A stretch of DNA of 63,591 nucleotides, the filler included, from Xylographa opegraphella (taxonomy: Eukaryota), in NCBI GenBank assembly GCA_022813865.1. It is 3 parts of 3 records of this genome, joined end to end, with 100 filler letters (N's around TTAATTAATTAA, not from the genome) between each part and the next. Parts side by side here need not be neighbours in the genome. Positions count along the whole stretch, not along the records: positions 44,985 to 63,591 come from JALDZX010000143.1; 2 more parts are not named here. The stretch is one strand, 5' to 3'. Shown here piece after piece: positions 53,024-63,591 of the stretch. The translations under genes were made by a program, and so were the position numbers. Under the pieces are notes generated by a model. The model searched no databases. It was not told the origin of the DNA and saw only the letters and a program-made list of their open reading frames with translations. The stretch's first letter is position 1. Every line of letters starts with the position of its first letter.

Positions 53024-54669
53024 GCCAATTCTGTATGCTGTAATTCGTCCGTCGCAAAATAATTTCGAATGTAGTTGAGAAGTGCAGGATCGGTCAAACT
53101 TAATTCCGACTGTCCGATACGATATAATCGACTTCTCCTTGCTCCACTCAAATATTCTATGTGTCAACTATTGACCCTTTCTCCAATGTCGGTCAATCGA
53201 CCTACCGGCTTAGCCGTATGTGCGTATCAGTTCAAGTGAGCCTTGGACTACGCCATTAAAGTACTTCTAATGGATGCGAACGATTGTGCTACTTGCCGGG
53301 TATCCCATGCTTCAGGCCACTGTGGCATACCTCAAACAGGATTTTGGCTCCGCTTTAACTTTTCAGACCCCTTTCAACCCTATCACGAAGATATGAAACC
53401 ACAAGTTCAGACTGCTAGTACACTGAGTCCTACTACCCATCTCGTTATAACTTCAGCCTGTTTATTCAACCTTTTTCAAACACTATTTGTGTCGTGTTTT
53501 AAGCAGCGTCTGTCGTACTTGATAAGACGACGTCCTGCACACTTCAATGCCACCGGTGTATATTCCTTTTTCGGCGGAGGAATCCCAACAGATTTCAGGA
53601 AATGATTGACAGCCTAATTGACTGTGCTGCAGCTATCAACCAAGTACCAAGGACACCTAGCCACGTGCACTGAACAATGGGTGCTCTGGGAATTATACTA
53701 CGCATCCCCATGAGAGATGTAACTTCTGGGTGCTGGCAACACTGTGGACGCTTCTCAAATCGTAAAGCGTCTCAAAGAAGAACAAGAATGAAGCCAACGG
53801 ATATTTGTTTCTCTCGCCTGGTCATCACCGAACCCGGAACTCATCCTTTTGATCTGTCCAGTCAATCGAATGCTACAAATCAGTGCCAATTCATGGTCCT
53901 CGCTTCCAAAGACATTGGCTATTACTTGTGGCTTGTGTTGGTTATGCGGTACGACGAATTGATGCGCTCAATCGAAGTGACTGTTTTACAAATCACGCCC
54001 GTGAAAGATAATGCGACCGATCATGTTCTTATGGATGGAGAATACAGTTATACCATAAGTGGGGTTCGCTTATCTTAACACCTGTTCAGCGTTCCTAGAG
54101 GAGGAGAGATAAGATGCGCATTGGCTTCCTGAAGATCCACTATTCTCCGAAGCACGATAACAAGTAAATGAAAGTAAATGACTGCTTTGGAATTGGCATT
54201 ATTCGGGACACTCAGTGATAGCAGTATTCGTTCCAAAACGAGACCGAGCCCCAAACCGTTGATAGGCTCGATAGGACAGGCATCGGAGCATAGTATTTCC
54301 GGCACTAAGACCAAGATCGTTAGAGTTAGGGTTTATGATGTGCTTGGCGGCAGGCGATGTGTTATAGATTGCTTCATCCGCAAATTCACCCTGTCGAGTG
54401 GGTTGGAACTGTCATGCATGTCTCTGGATGTTGTTAATCCTTCGGCTGGCTTTGGAGTGGCTTGAAAAGTGTCCGGGAATGTGGACCCACGTGCATGACT
54501 GCGAAGGCGCCTAGACTGCATGGAACAGTTCCTTTGAGCGGATTCATGAGCTATGGATCTCCATGAGTAGAAGTCAGATGAACCGAATGACTCTCGACCA
54601 AGCCACGTACTCTAATGTAGAAAGTGAGCGGCGACTTATGATTTTTATGACGTGTGGTTTTATGCTGCG

Positions 54670-54935
54670 GAGAAGACGCGCCAAGGCTGGATAACGTGGT
54701 GGTGTGGGTTGGACCACGCCATTATCGTGACCGCGTCTCGACCCGTACATCCCAGCCTCTTTCCTGACACCCTACACGTCTTCAAATTCCACTTCAACTC
54801 TCCCAGAATCTTTCCATGATGACTTCTCCGATAGCTTAAGCACAGAGGTCAACTGTGTCGTAGAGCACGTCCGCTGCAGGAGGCTTCGAGAGCCACATTC
54901 CTGTTCGCGTCCTACCAAGCAGGACGTCGCGGTAA
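54670..54935 (+). promoter_or_regulatory. MCB-like CGCG elements upstream of TOS4
   Basis: GACGCG (~54676), ACCGCGTC (~54730), TCGCGT (~54905); Tos4 orthologues are MBF targets in yeasts. Confidence 0.45.
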
Positions 54936-54936
54936 G

Positions 54937-56569
54937 ATGACTACTTCACCAGGCGGGCACATACGTGCAGTGCCATCTGCTGCTGGTACCAAACGACCGG
55001 CTCCGGTCCCAACACTACTACCAGCTTTTGAGCCGTACACTTCATCACCGCCCCTCCCGCGGCCGCTCAAACGCGTGCGTAGCTGTTCTCCCAGCCAGCG
55101 TTCGCCCAAGAAGGCTTCTCCGCTCAAATACTGCAATGACAAACTCAAATATCCGACACCTAATCCCACATCCAGTACCACTGGTATTCTCTCGTCCTCT
55201 CCGCCCCGTGCTACACGATCGCGTCGTCCCGCGATGCAGCGGACCTTTTCAACAGCGTCCGAACGAGCCCCACTCAGCAGTGTGCCCACAATTGAGCTTG
55301 ACGCAGGTGGAGAACCAACATTGATGGGTAGATCAGGGAAAGCGGCTCATTATCAGCTGTCCAACAATAAATTGATTTCTCGTGTCCATGTGCGAGCTGT
55401 CTACCTACCCTCGAACCCTCCCAATCCTTGCAAGGTCGAGATTCTGTGTATGGGGTGGAATGGCGTCAAGATACACTGTCAGGGGAAGGCGTGGGAATTG
55501 GGAAAGGACAGTAGCTTCACATCGGAGTCTCAAGATGCGGATATCATGATCGATGTGCAGGATGCTCGGGTTCTTGTGCGATGGCCCAAAGTTGAGAAAA
55601 AGGCTACGACTCCTGCCGATACGGACTCGGCTCCCGATAGCGAGAACTCACCCAGAAGGCTCATTGCTGCACATTCTCGTTCTCCCTTCACGAGTCCGCT
55701 CAGACAGCGTCATCGAATGCAGTCTCCTGTTTCTCCTTCTCCTGCAGTGAACATGACGACATCTTCACTGCTGTTTTCGGATCTTCATTCTATACCATTA
55801 GTGAAAGTTTACGAAGATCCAGAGCCCGCAGACGAGAATCACAATACAGTTGAAATGCAAGAAGCTACTCAATCCACTCAGTATCTCTCGCAACCTCTCG
55901 GCGCCAGTTTGAGCATATCTCAATCCAGTCTTCAGAGCATCACAGAAGAATTCTCTGATCGGGATGAAGAGAACGACCCGATCATCCACTCGTTTGGCCC
56001 TTTTGGTGCCAACCTTCTCCCCAGAATGGCATCATTCACCACTGGAGCTACACCGGCGAGGAGCTTTCATGTCCACTCTGAAAATAACACTCGTACTTCG
56101 CAGCACCATCATGCCAGCTTGGAATCTCCTCAAAAATCCGCTGAGAGCCCAGTTGTGAATCACGTGGTCAACCAGCTAGCTTATTCCCGACTCTCGTCTA
56201 CACCATTATCAACGATCATGGGCAATCTTCCTAATGATCTCACAAGCGATTCTCTTGATAACAAGGACAATAAAGGACTGACAACGGATATGCTCAAGCT
56301 AATGCTGGACAAGACAGAGTGTATTGGTGAAGTCTGCCGGGAAGGAAAAGATGCGGCAGGCAAGCCGCTGGAGAGTGAGTACTATTATATTCCTGATAGG
56401 GATCTGGATGAGAAGAGACGTGATGCTGTGGTCGAGGGATTGAGAAAGCCTGGTTTGAGGGCATGCCGGAAGCAACACAAAGTAAGATCCTATCGTGTGG
56501 GAACATACCTGAGCGCACGACTGACTGGGACACTACCAATAGCAATACTACTGGCGTAAGCCAAAATAG
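54937..56569 (+). CDS. TOS4: FHA-domain transcription factor Tos4/Plm2-like (terminal intron 56482-56542)
   Basis: MGRSG..HYQLSNNKLISRVHV, GWNGVKIHC, REGKDAAGKPLESEYYY, GLRACRKQHK|QYYWRKPK*. Confidence 0.88.
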
Positions 56570-57035
56570 AGATGGTTGAGATTCCATTACGTCCTCAGGT
56601 ATCTGAACCTTTCATTTCAAATGAGCGCTCTACGACAGCTTCGATCGTCTCGTCAGCATAATCTCCTTTTGTCATGTTTGCACTGTGTTCGTCCAGTACC
56701 CATACCCTTTATGTCTTGATGTGCAATACGTTCTGCATAGCGAGGAAGTCTAGACCTTGGTTACTGCATTTCTGTAGCAGCATCAACTACATTAGCTGAA
56801 CCATAAGAGCTGTGATATACCACCTGAACTCTCCTAGCTACCTTATACATGATACTCCGAGGAGCTCTAGCGCCTTCCCCTATCCAGCCTAATGATAAAA
56901 ACCTTTAATTCTCACGGACCTCTGGATTCCCTTTTCTTATACCCAGCTCATCTTCGGCCCGTCACTACCGATGACGCGAGTACTAGCGGCTTCTTATTGC
57001 TTCACAATAATTGAATTTAAGAATGTGACCTTTCG

Positions 57036-57089
57036 TCTTGTGTTGCTCAGTTCCTCTTGTGTTGCTCAGTTCCTCTTGTGTTGCTCAGT
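57036..57089. repeat. 19-bp tandem repeat (TCTTGTGTTGCTCAGTTCC) x ~2.8
   Basis: Seen directly. Confidence 0.8.
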
Positions 57090-58579
57090 GCTTGGTTCTA
57101 CACGGTCACCATCATCTTCCCCTGATACAGCCCAACCCAGCATAAGAAAACGTCTCAATCAAGAACCACAGCAATCAGCATACAGACATCGTCGATCGCT
57201 GTGGCCGAATCCTTCCAGTCCCGAACAAAACGCGCTCTGAAACCAGTCCGGAATAGCGTGTTCGCGCTCAAAAACCTCATGCATTTCTTAGACCTGGTCA
57301 TTTTTTCTATATACTTTAGCCTCACTTTCCCAGTCGTCGGATATGCCATCTTTAGAGTCCTTCCTCCTTTAACCATTCCTTGCTTGGTCATGACCCTGCT
57401 GTGCACGTCCACCATCACACCCATTCCGCAGCTGGGCGTCGTCTGTCTGCCATCGACGTTCTTCTGCACTTCGCAGCATTATCTGACCTTACCCCAACTC
57501 ATCCACACTGCTCCTGTGCTTCAGTTCGATCATCATGGGCAGCTCTTCCAGGAAGCGCGTGGCGAAGAAGCTGTACAAGAACCTATAGGAAATTGATGCC
57601 TCTGGACCATCGATCCCTCCTGTCGTTGATCGTGAGCCGGTACTGCTTGAGTTGAAACGGGCGGACGGTCCAGGGATACGTTCGACTTCGGCTGTGCAAC
57701 CGAATACTGCTTTATACCCAGTTGCTCGTGGAAGAAAGGAAGAGGGAGGTTCAATCGGGCGGTGACAACGCCAAGTTGACCACGGACCCTCCCGCAGCTG
57801 CAGAGTTGGATTCGCTGAAACGGCTTGCAATGATGTTGAGCTTATACTGCGCACACGAGGAGGCAGTCGGAAAGCGTCCAGTCATGTTCGGCAAATGCGT
57901 GGATAGTCCAGCACCGGAGAAGCGGGTCAAGCGTTTTCGATGCCTCGTGAGTCCTCTGAAGTCCCGTCCTTGGTGCCAGATGATCTGATTATGGCAGCGT
58001 ACCATGAAAAAAGCCTGAAGGTTGGGAGTGCTGATTAGTCGTGTTGCTTCTCTCTTGTTATGTCTTGGTACATGAGGAATGGTGCTTGTTTGTTTCAGAG
58101 ATAATGTGTCTCTTATGGAAAGCCTTAGTGGTGGTAATGCTGTCGTGAATTGAAAGCCGGGCTACACCAGACTCCCTCTCGGGCTGCACAGCTTGCACCC
58201 CGGACAGGCCGATGTGCAGAGCTTGAGACCTCCGATGCTCCGTGTAAACGGTGTCTTTAGTTACCTAGCGATTAAAAGCATTCGAGAACACGTTCACAGC
58301 GTGATGGCTGCGTATTTCATGACAGACTGATAGCAACGACCGCGGTTAACTTTACCCTGAAAGTACTACCTAGTTTGCCGAGGCGCTCAACCCCAGGAAC
58401 GTTCACACCACCCAACCCAAACCCAACCTCACTCCCCCTCAGCACCCCCGATCACTCACTATTTCTGGAATAAACTCGATCAAGGGCTGTAAACCGACAT
58501 TACCATCATAACCATCACTTCCTACTGCACAAACATCTCACCCAGCCCATCAGCCAACCCACCACCCCACCCACCCGCA

Positions 58580-58990
58580 ATGTCCACCCCCTTCTCCACC
58601 CTCGCCTCCAAACCGCCCCAACCCCCCTCCCTCACCAACACCTCACCCAACACCTCCACCACGAGCACCACCACCCCGCTCTCCTCGCGCCCCGCCCCGC
58701 TGCGCTCCCCCTCCTCCAACAACTACGCCTCGGCCCTCGCCTCCGCGCAAGCGCGCTCACCCAGCACGCCCACTCCCAACAACGCAGCCGGGAGCGCGGA
58801 CGGGAAGGTCGTGGGGACCGGGGAGCTGGGTGAGAGCTTCCGCCCCGGTATCGACCGCATGCAGAGCTGGAGCGAGCAGGATATGAAGCGCGCGATGCAG
58901 GAGCGGCTGTTGAGCCCGTGGGGGGAGGGGGTGGGGGAGGGGAGGGAGATGGGGTTTAGTAGTCGGCAGGGTGGGGGGGAGGGGGATTGA
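58580..58990 (+). CDS. Small low-complexity hypothetical protein
   Basis: 136-aa ORF with high GC3, CCCGCAATG start context and an RMQSWSEQDMKRAMQERLL motif. Confidence 0.6.
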   Translation: MSTPFSTLASKPPQPPSLTNTSPNTSTTSTTTPLSSRPAPLRSPSSNNYASALASAQARSPSTPTPNNAAGSADGKVVGTGELGESFRPGIDRMQSWSEQDMKRAMQERLLSPWGEGVGEGREMGFSSRQGGGEGD

Positions 58991-61429
58991 GAAGGGTTAA
59001 CGGAGAGAGTTGGGGTCGATTGAGGTCGAGGAGAGAGGGAGAATTGGGAGATGTCGGGACGGTGGGAGTCCTGCGGGGATGCTGAGGACTTTCGTGGGCA
59101 TGGCAAAAGGGTGAGGTACTGGGACTGGGAGGGTGGGCTTGCTGGATTAATAAAAGGAACTGGCTTTAGGAGCAGGTAGCATCTACACGGAGAGAGTTCC
59201 CAGTGCTAGCAGAGGCTCATGAGACTGGTTAAGGATATTACTTCTATTGCTGCTACCAATACTGAGCCATATCCACTGAGGGGTGAGGACTACCTAAAAT
59301 CTAGGTTGCCGTTTGAGAAGAACATGACTTGAAAGATACACACTCATGGAAATGTCGTCTGTATTCTACCCGTAGGTAGGTTGGTTTGGCCTAGATGTGG
59401 CTAGTGTTCATGAATGGTGCATTATCAATAAATCCTCGAAAATCGACGAAAGCTTCTTCCCGGCCGGATCGGAAGTGTTCGAGTTGATGATTCATTCCAC
59501 CTCTTTCTTGCAATTTATCCTCCTCGACATTGTCAGCATCAATGATGGACCCCAAAGAATCATACCCCGTGCAATCCAACGAAATCAGCTCCTCGTCAAT
59601 AGCGTCCCTCTTGGCCCTGAGCCGTGCTAACAAGGTCTGGTGGCCAAAAGCCATCTCCCGCGCTTCTTCCTCTATCAGCATTTTCATTGTGTTCATAAGT
59701 GTAATTTCCAATGTCTTCACAATACCGCGGCAGTACGTTCAAATGCAAGACTTCGTCCCGCAGAATTCTCGCCCTCCTAACATCTTTATAAATCTCGTCG
59801 GGTGCCGACGAGATTTGGCTTAACCCGTAATTCACAGCTTCAACCAAGGTCATATTATTTCGACGACTATAGGAAAATGGCGATAGTGTATTGTGAGCAA
59901 TCTCCCGGTCAAGCTAGGTTTATCAGCTTGTTTTCTAAAGAGCCGAACCGAAACGACCGACTAAAGTATCTTTTTCTGAATTTTTTGCCACCTCTCCTTC
60001 TTCACACAAGAGCCTGCTGAATGTCCTTTTCCAATTACAGTGAAGAAGCGGGGATCTGCTCCCTACGATCTGACAATGCGGAACGCCTGTGTCGTTGGCA
60101 AATCGTCGGATTTGGATGACAATAGCTTTGTCAGGAACTTATAAATTCTCTCGTTGCTCCCGTAGAGGCAATTTTGGTAGATGATTGTGTCGACAATGGC
60201 TCATGCATTGGAGCAGTAGTAAAGAGTGCATTCTCGTTGTCTCTGTCCACAAAGGTACTGCTAAACGAGAATGGGATCATGGACATGCTTAAACTTCTGT
60301 TCCCATCGTGAGACCATCTACTGAGCAAATTTGCTGGATGAAGTCGCGCTTCGAACTCAGCACCTGAAGTAGTAGGATAAACATGCAATGCCTATCGATT
60401 CTGGTTACGAGGTATGACATATATCTTTGTATGCGGAAGCAGTTCCCCTTCGAAAATAAGCTCAACAATAGCCTTCCATGTTCGTGACACATGACGACAA
60501 GTATTCCACAGATACAGAATTCCATCGTCACCTGTCTGGGATCGTAGGATAGTGGGTAATGGTTTCCAGAGGCAGAATCGGCATTGTAGAAGACAGTGGA
60601 GTGGCCATGTTGTTCAAAGAAGGTAAAATCAAGATATTCAACAATAGCCGTGCATCTGCAGACTCATGACCGGTGCTCTTGGCATCAAGCAAGCACTGTC
60701 AAGTGGGTATGAAATGGAGACAGATTTGACCCATTATGGAAATTCCAAGCCTGTCATTTATGACAACTAACCCGAAACAAGGGGATCGATTGAAAATACG
60801 ACCACCGAGAGGCTTTGTTTAGAGCCGAGTTGCGGAATATGCTGCAGGATAGGATAGACGGATCTCCCCATGGAAAGAGGCACGGCACCAAGGCCATTCT
60901 TCTCTTCCAAAATCGGTGCCTCGACAACCGCATTTCGATACCAGGCGGGTTTGTTAGACAACGGCGTCCCAGATGCAGCCTACGGCACGCAATATGTTTC
61001 TCACAAGGAAAGTTCGATCCCAGAGCCGGAAGGGGAAAATATCGAGAACGACCATTGCTGGTAAGCCATCAAGATAGTGGCTTTCCCATGAAAGTTATTG
61101 CAGCTCATGTGAAAGTTTGACTCCAATACAACCGACCCTGAATCAGTTGAATGATGAGCCTATCGACGATTCGTCAAAGTTGGGGGCCGCTGTGATGTTG
61201 TGGTTGGGGGTGCTTCAGGAGGGTATATCACGGATTAGAACCAGAAATTCAGAGCCCTACAGCTTGTCCCATGACATGGCGTAGTGCATTAAGATCGAGA
61301 TGTATGAATGCTCAGTATATATTGCTGCCTCCACATGACCTTCGTATAACTCCAGCTGGATACGGCTCATCGTGGTACTCGAATGAAGAGCTCCCATAGT
61401 GACGTGCCCGGAAGAGTCGGCCACCACCA

Positions 61430-62428
61430 TCAACCTTCTTCCGCTCTCGTCCCCATCAGTTCCGCATCCTCTCGATCAAAGACTGCCAGTCCCGCATCGC
61501 TTCGTTTTGCCATTGCTTTTCTTTTCCACTCTCTGAAAAAGGGCACGCGACCTTCCCGTGGCCAGATGTTGCCAAAGGTTGCGCTGGGGTTGTTGCGGCT
61601 GAGATGAGCCAAATTCTTGCCAAGATCGTATTCCTGCTTCAGTACACCATCCTCACAGAGTCGTATAGTGCCAATCCGCTCGTACAGGATCATCCCCAAG
61701 CGCGCTGTGTGATACGACATCAACAGTAAGCGAGTAATGAACATGTCCAGAAAGCGGACCAGCCATTCTGGATGTATGGTACAATTGGACAACGCGTCAT
61801 CGAGGGCATTGCTGAATCGTGTGTGATGCCAATCGAGGAAAGTTGGCGCTGGCTTGGGTAAAGACACAGTGTCCAAAGTCAGTGTCCTGATGGTAATATT
61901 ACGGTCTTGGGATCCCACTTTCCGTACGGCCACCGGCCCGTACATCAAGAAACGCTCCAATAAGCTGTAAAAGCACCATACAATCTGCGGAGGTCAGTGG
62001 GCGCCTCCATCCAATCCGGAGCGTCGGGGACCTTTACGGCCGCAGATTCGGAACGTCGCGGTCGCGCTGTCCAGATGAGTCCCCAACGCTGGCACCGACA
62101 GCCACGCTGGCCAAAGTTCTCGCTCACGGACGAGCATGACGTCGAGGCTGTATGAATGCTTGGCCGGAAGACTTTGGAGCACTGACCGGGTCTCGGCCCA
62201 GAGCTGACGGTTGGTCAGAAGCAGACGGAGAATGTTCGTGGTATAGCCATCACGCTCGTACAGGTTGTGTTTTGGCCCATACCTCCACGATGCCTAGTCC
62301 ACATCGTGCAGTTCAATTCGATCCCGAGGCGTCATGGCAGGATGCAGAGGCGGAGCTCGGCGATGGCACAGGACGAGTTCAATGATTAGGAAGCGGATCT
62401 CATGAGGAATGTCGAGTAGAGAGGGCAT
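61430..62428 (-). pseudogene. F-box-like hypothetical gene with two in-frame stops
   Basis: A single frame runs MPSLLDIPHEIRFLIIELVL...LLLTNRQLWAETR...LWPAWLSVP...FYSLLERFL...LYERIG, with TAG at 62294-62296 and TGA at 61994-61996. Confidence 0.75.
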
Positions 62429-62661
62429 GACGGGTAGGTAAGTGTCGAGTCTGAGGCGCAATGGACGAACAGAGGCTAAGTACCATTGATTGGCTGGTGT
62501 CGATAGTGTGGTCCTTGCTATGGTATTCTAGTACTATGTAATATGTATACGATTTACATTACATAGTCGAGCCAAGCATTCATATTAAAGGTAAAGAATG
62601 GCTGCTTATATAGGACTATACCACTGGACTAGCAAATCCTTCAAGAGCGCTGCCAAGCCTA

Positions 62662-62830
62662 TCCGTCGGTTAAAAACCCACTCCGCTTCGGTCCATGGAG
62701 GGCGGGTATCCAGCCACTCTCGGCGATTTAGCCACTTTTTGGAACATTATTATTTTGATTATTTTATTGTTTTACAGCCACGAATAATAATAATAATATA
62801 AATAAATTAATTTAATAACCGAATCGTGAT
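62662..62830 (+). mobile_element. Second pogo/Fot1-like transposon terminus
   Basis: TA|TCCGTCGGTTAAAAACCCACTCCG; homologous to 44077-44280. Confidence 0.65.
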
Positions 62831-62840
62831 TTATATATAT

Positions 62841-62900
62841 TGTTATGATTCTGCCTTTTATTAATATAGTTCAATTAGGGATCTGGGTTGAATTCGTTAA
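62841..62900 (-). mobile_element. RIP-mutated family C end
   Basis: Nine differences from 63532-63591, all C>T or G>A. Confidence 0.8.
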
Positions 62901-63470
62901 CAAATAAATAAAAAAGCACAGTAATAAATTTATCGTTCTTAAAGAGATAATAATTTTCGTACAGAATTGTATTAATGGTTCTTATTTTATAAATTAAATT
63001 ATAATATAAATTGAACACGCTTTTTATAATAAAGGAAATTTTTTATTTTATATAAAAATTGTATTTTAAAATGCTTTTTTTGCCTTCGTAAAAAGGTATT
63101 TAAAGGAAAAAAATTATGCCTTTTATACCTCCGCAAAAGGGCAAAAAGACATTCGAAATAAAGTTTTCCCGACCCTTATTTTATATAATATTGATTCAAA
63201 TTTTATTACTAATTTCCTCTGTCAGATATTTGCTTTTAAAAGAATTTTAGCAATTTTTTTATATTATATTAAAATATAAATTATTTAGTGCTCTCCGCCG
63301 AAAGGTTTAATCGTATAATATTCGTAATAAAAAAAGTTTACGATGCACCTTTACGATCGCTGTATTAAAAATATTTAATTTATACGGTTTTTTCGAAGTC
63401 GAAATTCTGCGTAAATTATATTACCGTTAAAGTTCGTTATATTTTAATTATTATAAATACCGATCGTCGT

Positions 63471-63591
63471 TGTAACGGCGTGTTACATGGTGTTACGGCT
63501 CATCAACTCACCACACAAGCACGCCTAGAACTGTTACGATCCTGCCTCTCACTAGTATAGTTCGATTAGGGATCTGGGTTGGATTCGTCAA
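63471..63591. mobile_element. Triple nest: family B end (63471-63490), family A start (63491-63531), family C end (63532-63591)
   Basis: Three successive TGT(T)A termini, each matching the other copies of its family. Confidence 0.85.

Noticed and set aside
57201..57990. Overlapping short ORFs downstream of TOS4
   Set aside because: No recognisable domain or consistent gene model.
59391..61200. Fragmentary ORFs on both strands, possibly decayed genes
   Set aside because: I could not build a consistent frame or recognise a family without a homology search.

Overview
Filamentous ascomycete (Pezizomycotina, possibly lichen-forming) genomic scaffold with two compartments. (1) GC-balanced gene islands hold an F-box gene, AIM41, a prolyl 4-hydroxylase, a Kex2/Ste13-type secreted peptide precursor, SUI1/eIF1, IFA38, SAH1, an aldo-keto reductase pseudogene, IEC1, a cPLA2-like lipase, a CTK2 cyclin, a palmitoyl-protein thioesterase, a CIC1/UTP30-like gene, TOS4 and an F-box-like pseudogene. 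(2) Extremely AT-rich blocks of RIP-erased transposon debris (Gypsy and Copia relics, an ~700-bp TIR element, pogo/Fot1-like ends), in which the surviving G/C lies conspicuously in CpG. The AT blocks carry at least six families of short (183-347 bp), largely unmutated TG...CA elements, most with perfect 5-bp target-site duplications (solo-LTR-like); several are nested inside one another. Most interesting: (a) a divergently transcribed prolyl hydroxylase / Pro-rich secreted propeptide pair, a candidate RiPP-like hydroxyproline-peptide system; (b) a repeat terminus plus a CGTCTGAGG..ACTGAGGCAA motif in front of three genes, a candidate promoter-targeting site-specific element; (c) the RIP-escaping nested mini-LTR islands. 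Two N44-TTAATTAATTAA-N44 spacers are artificial contig joins. All gene names come from recognised motifs; no database search was run.
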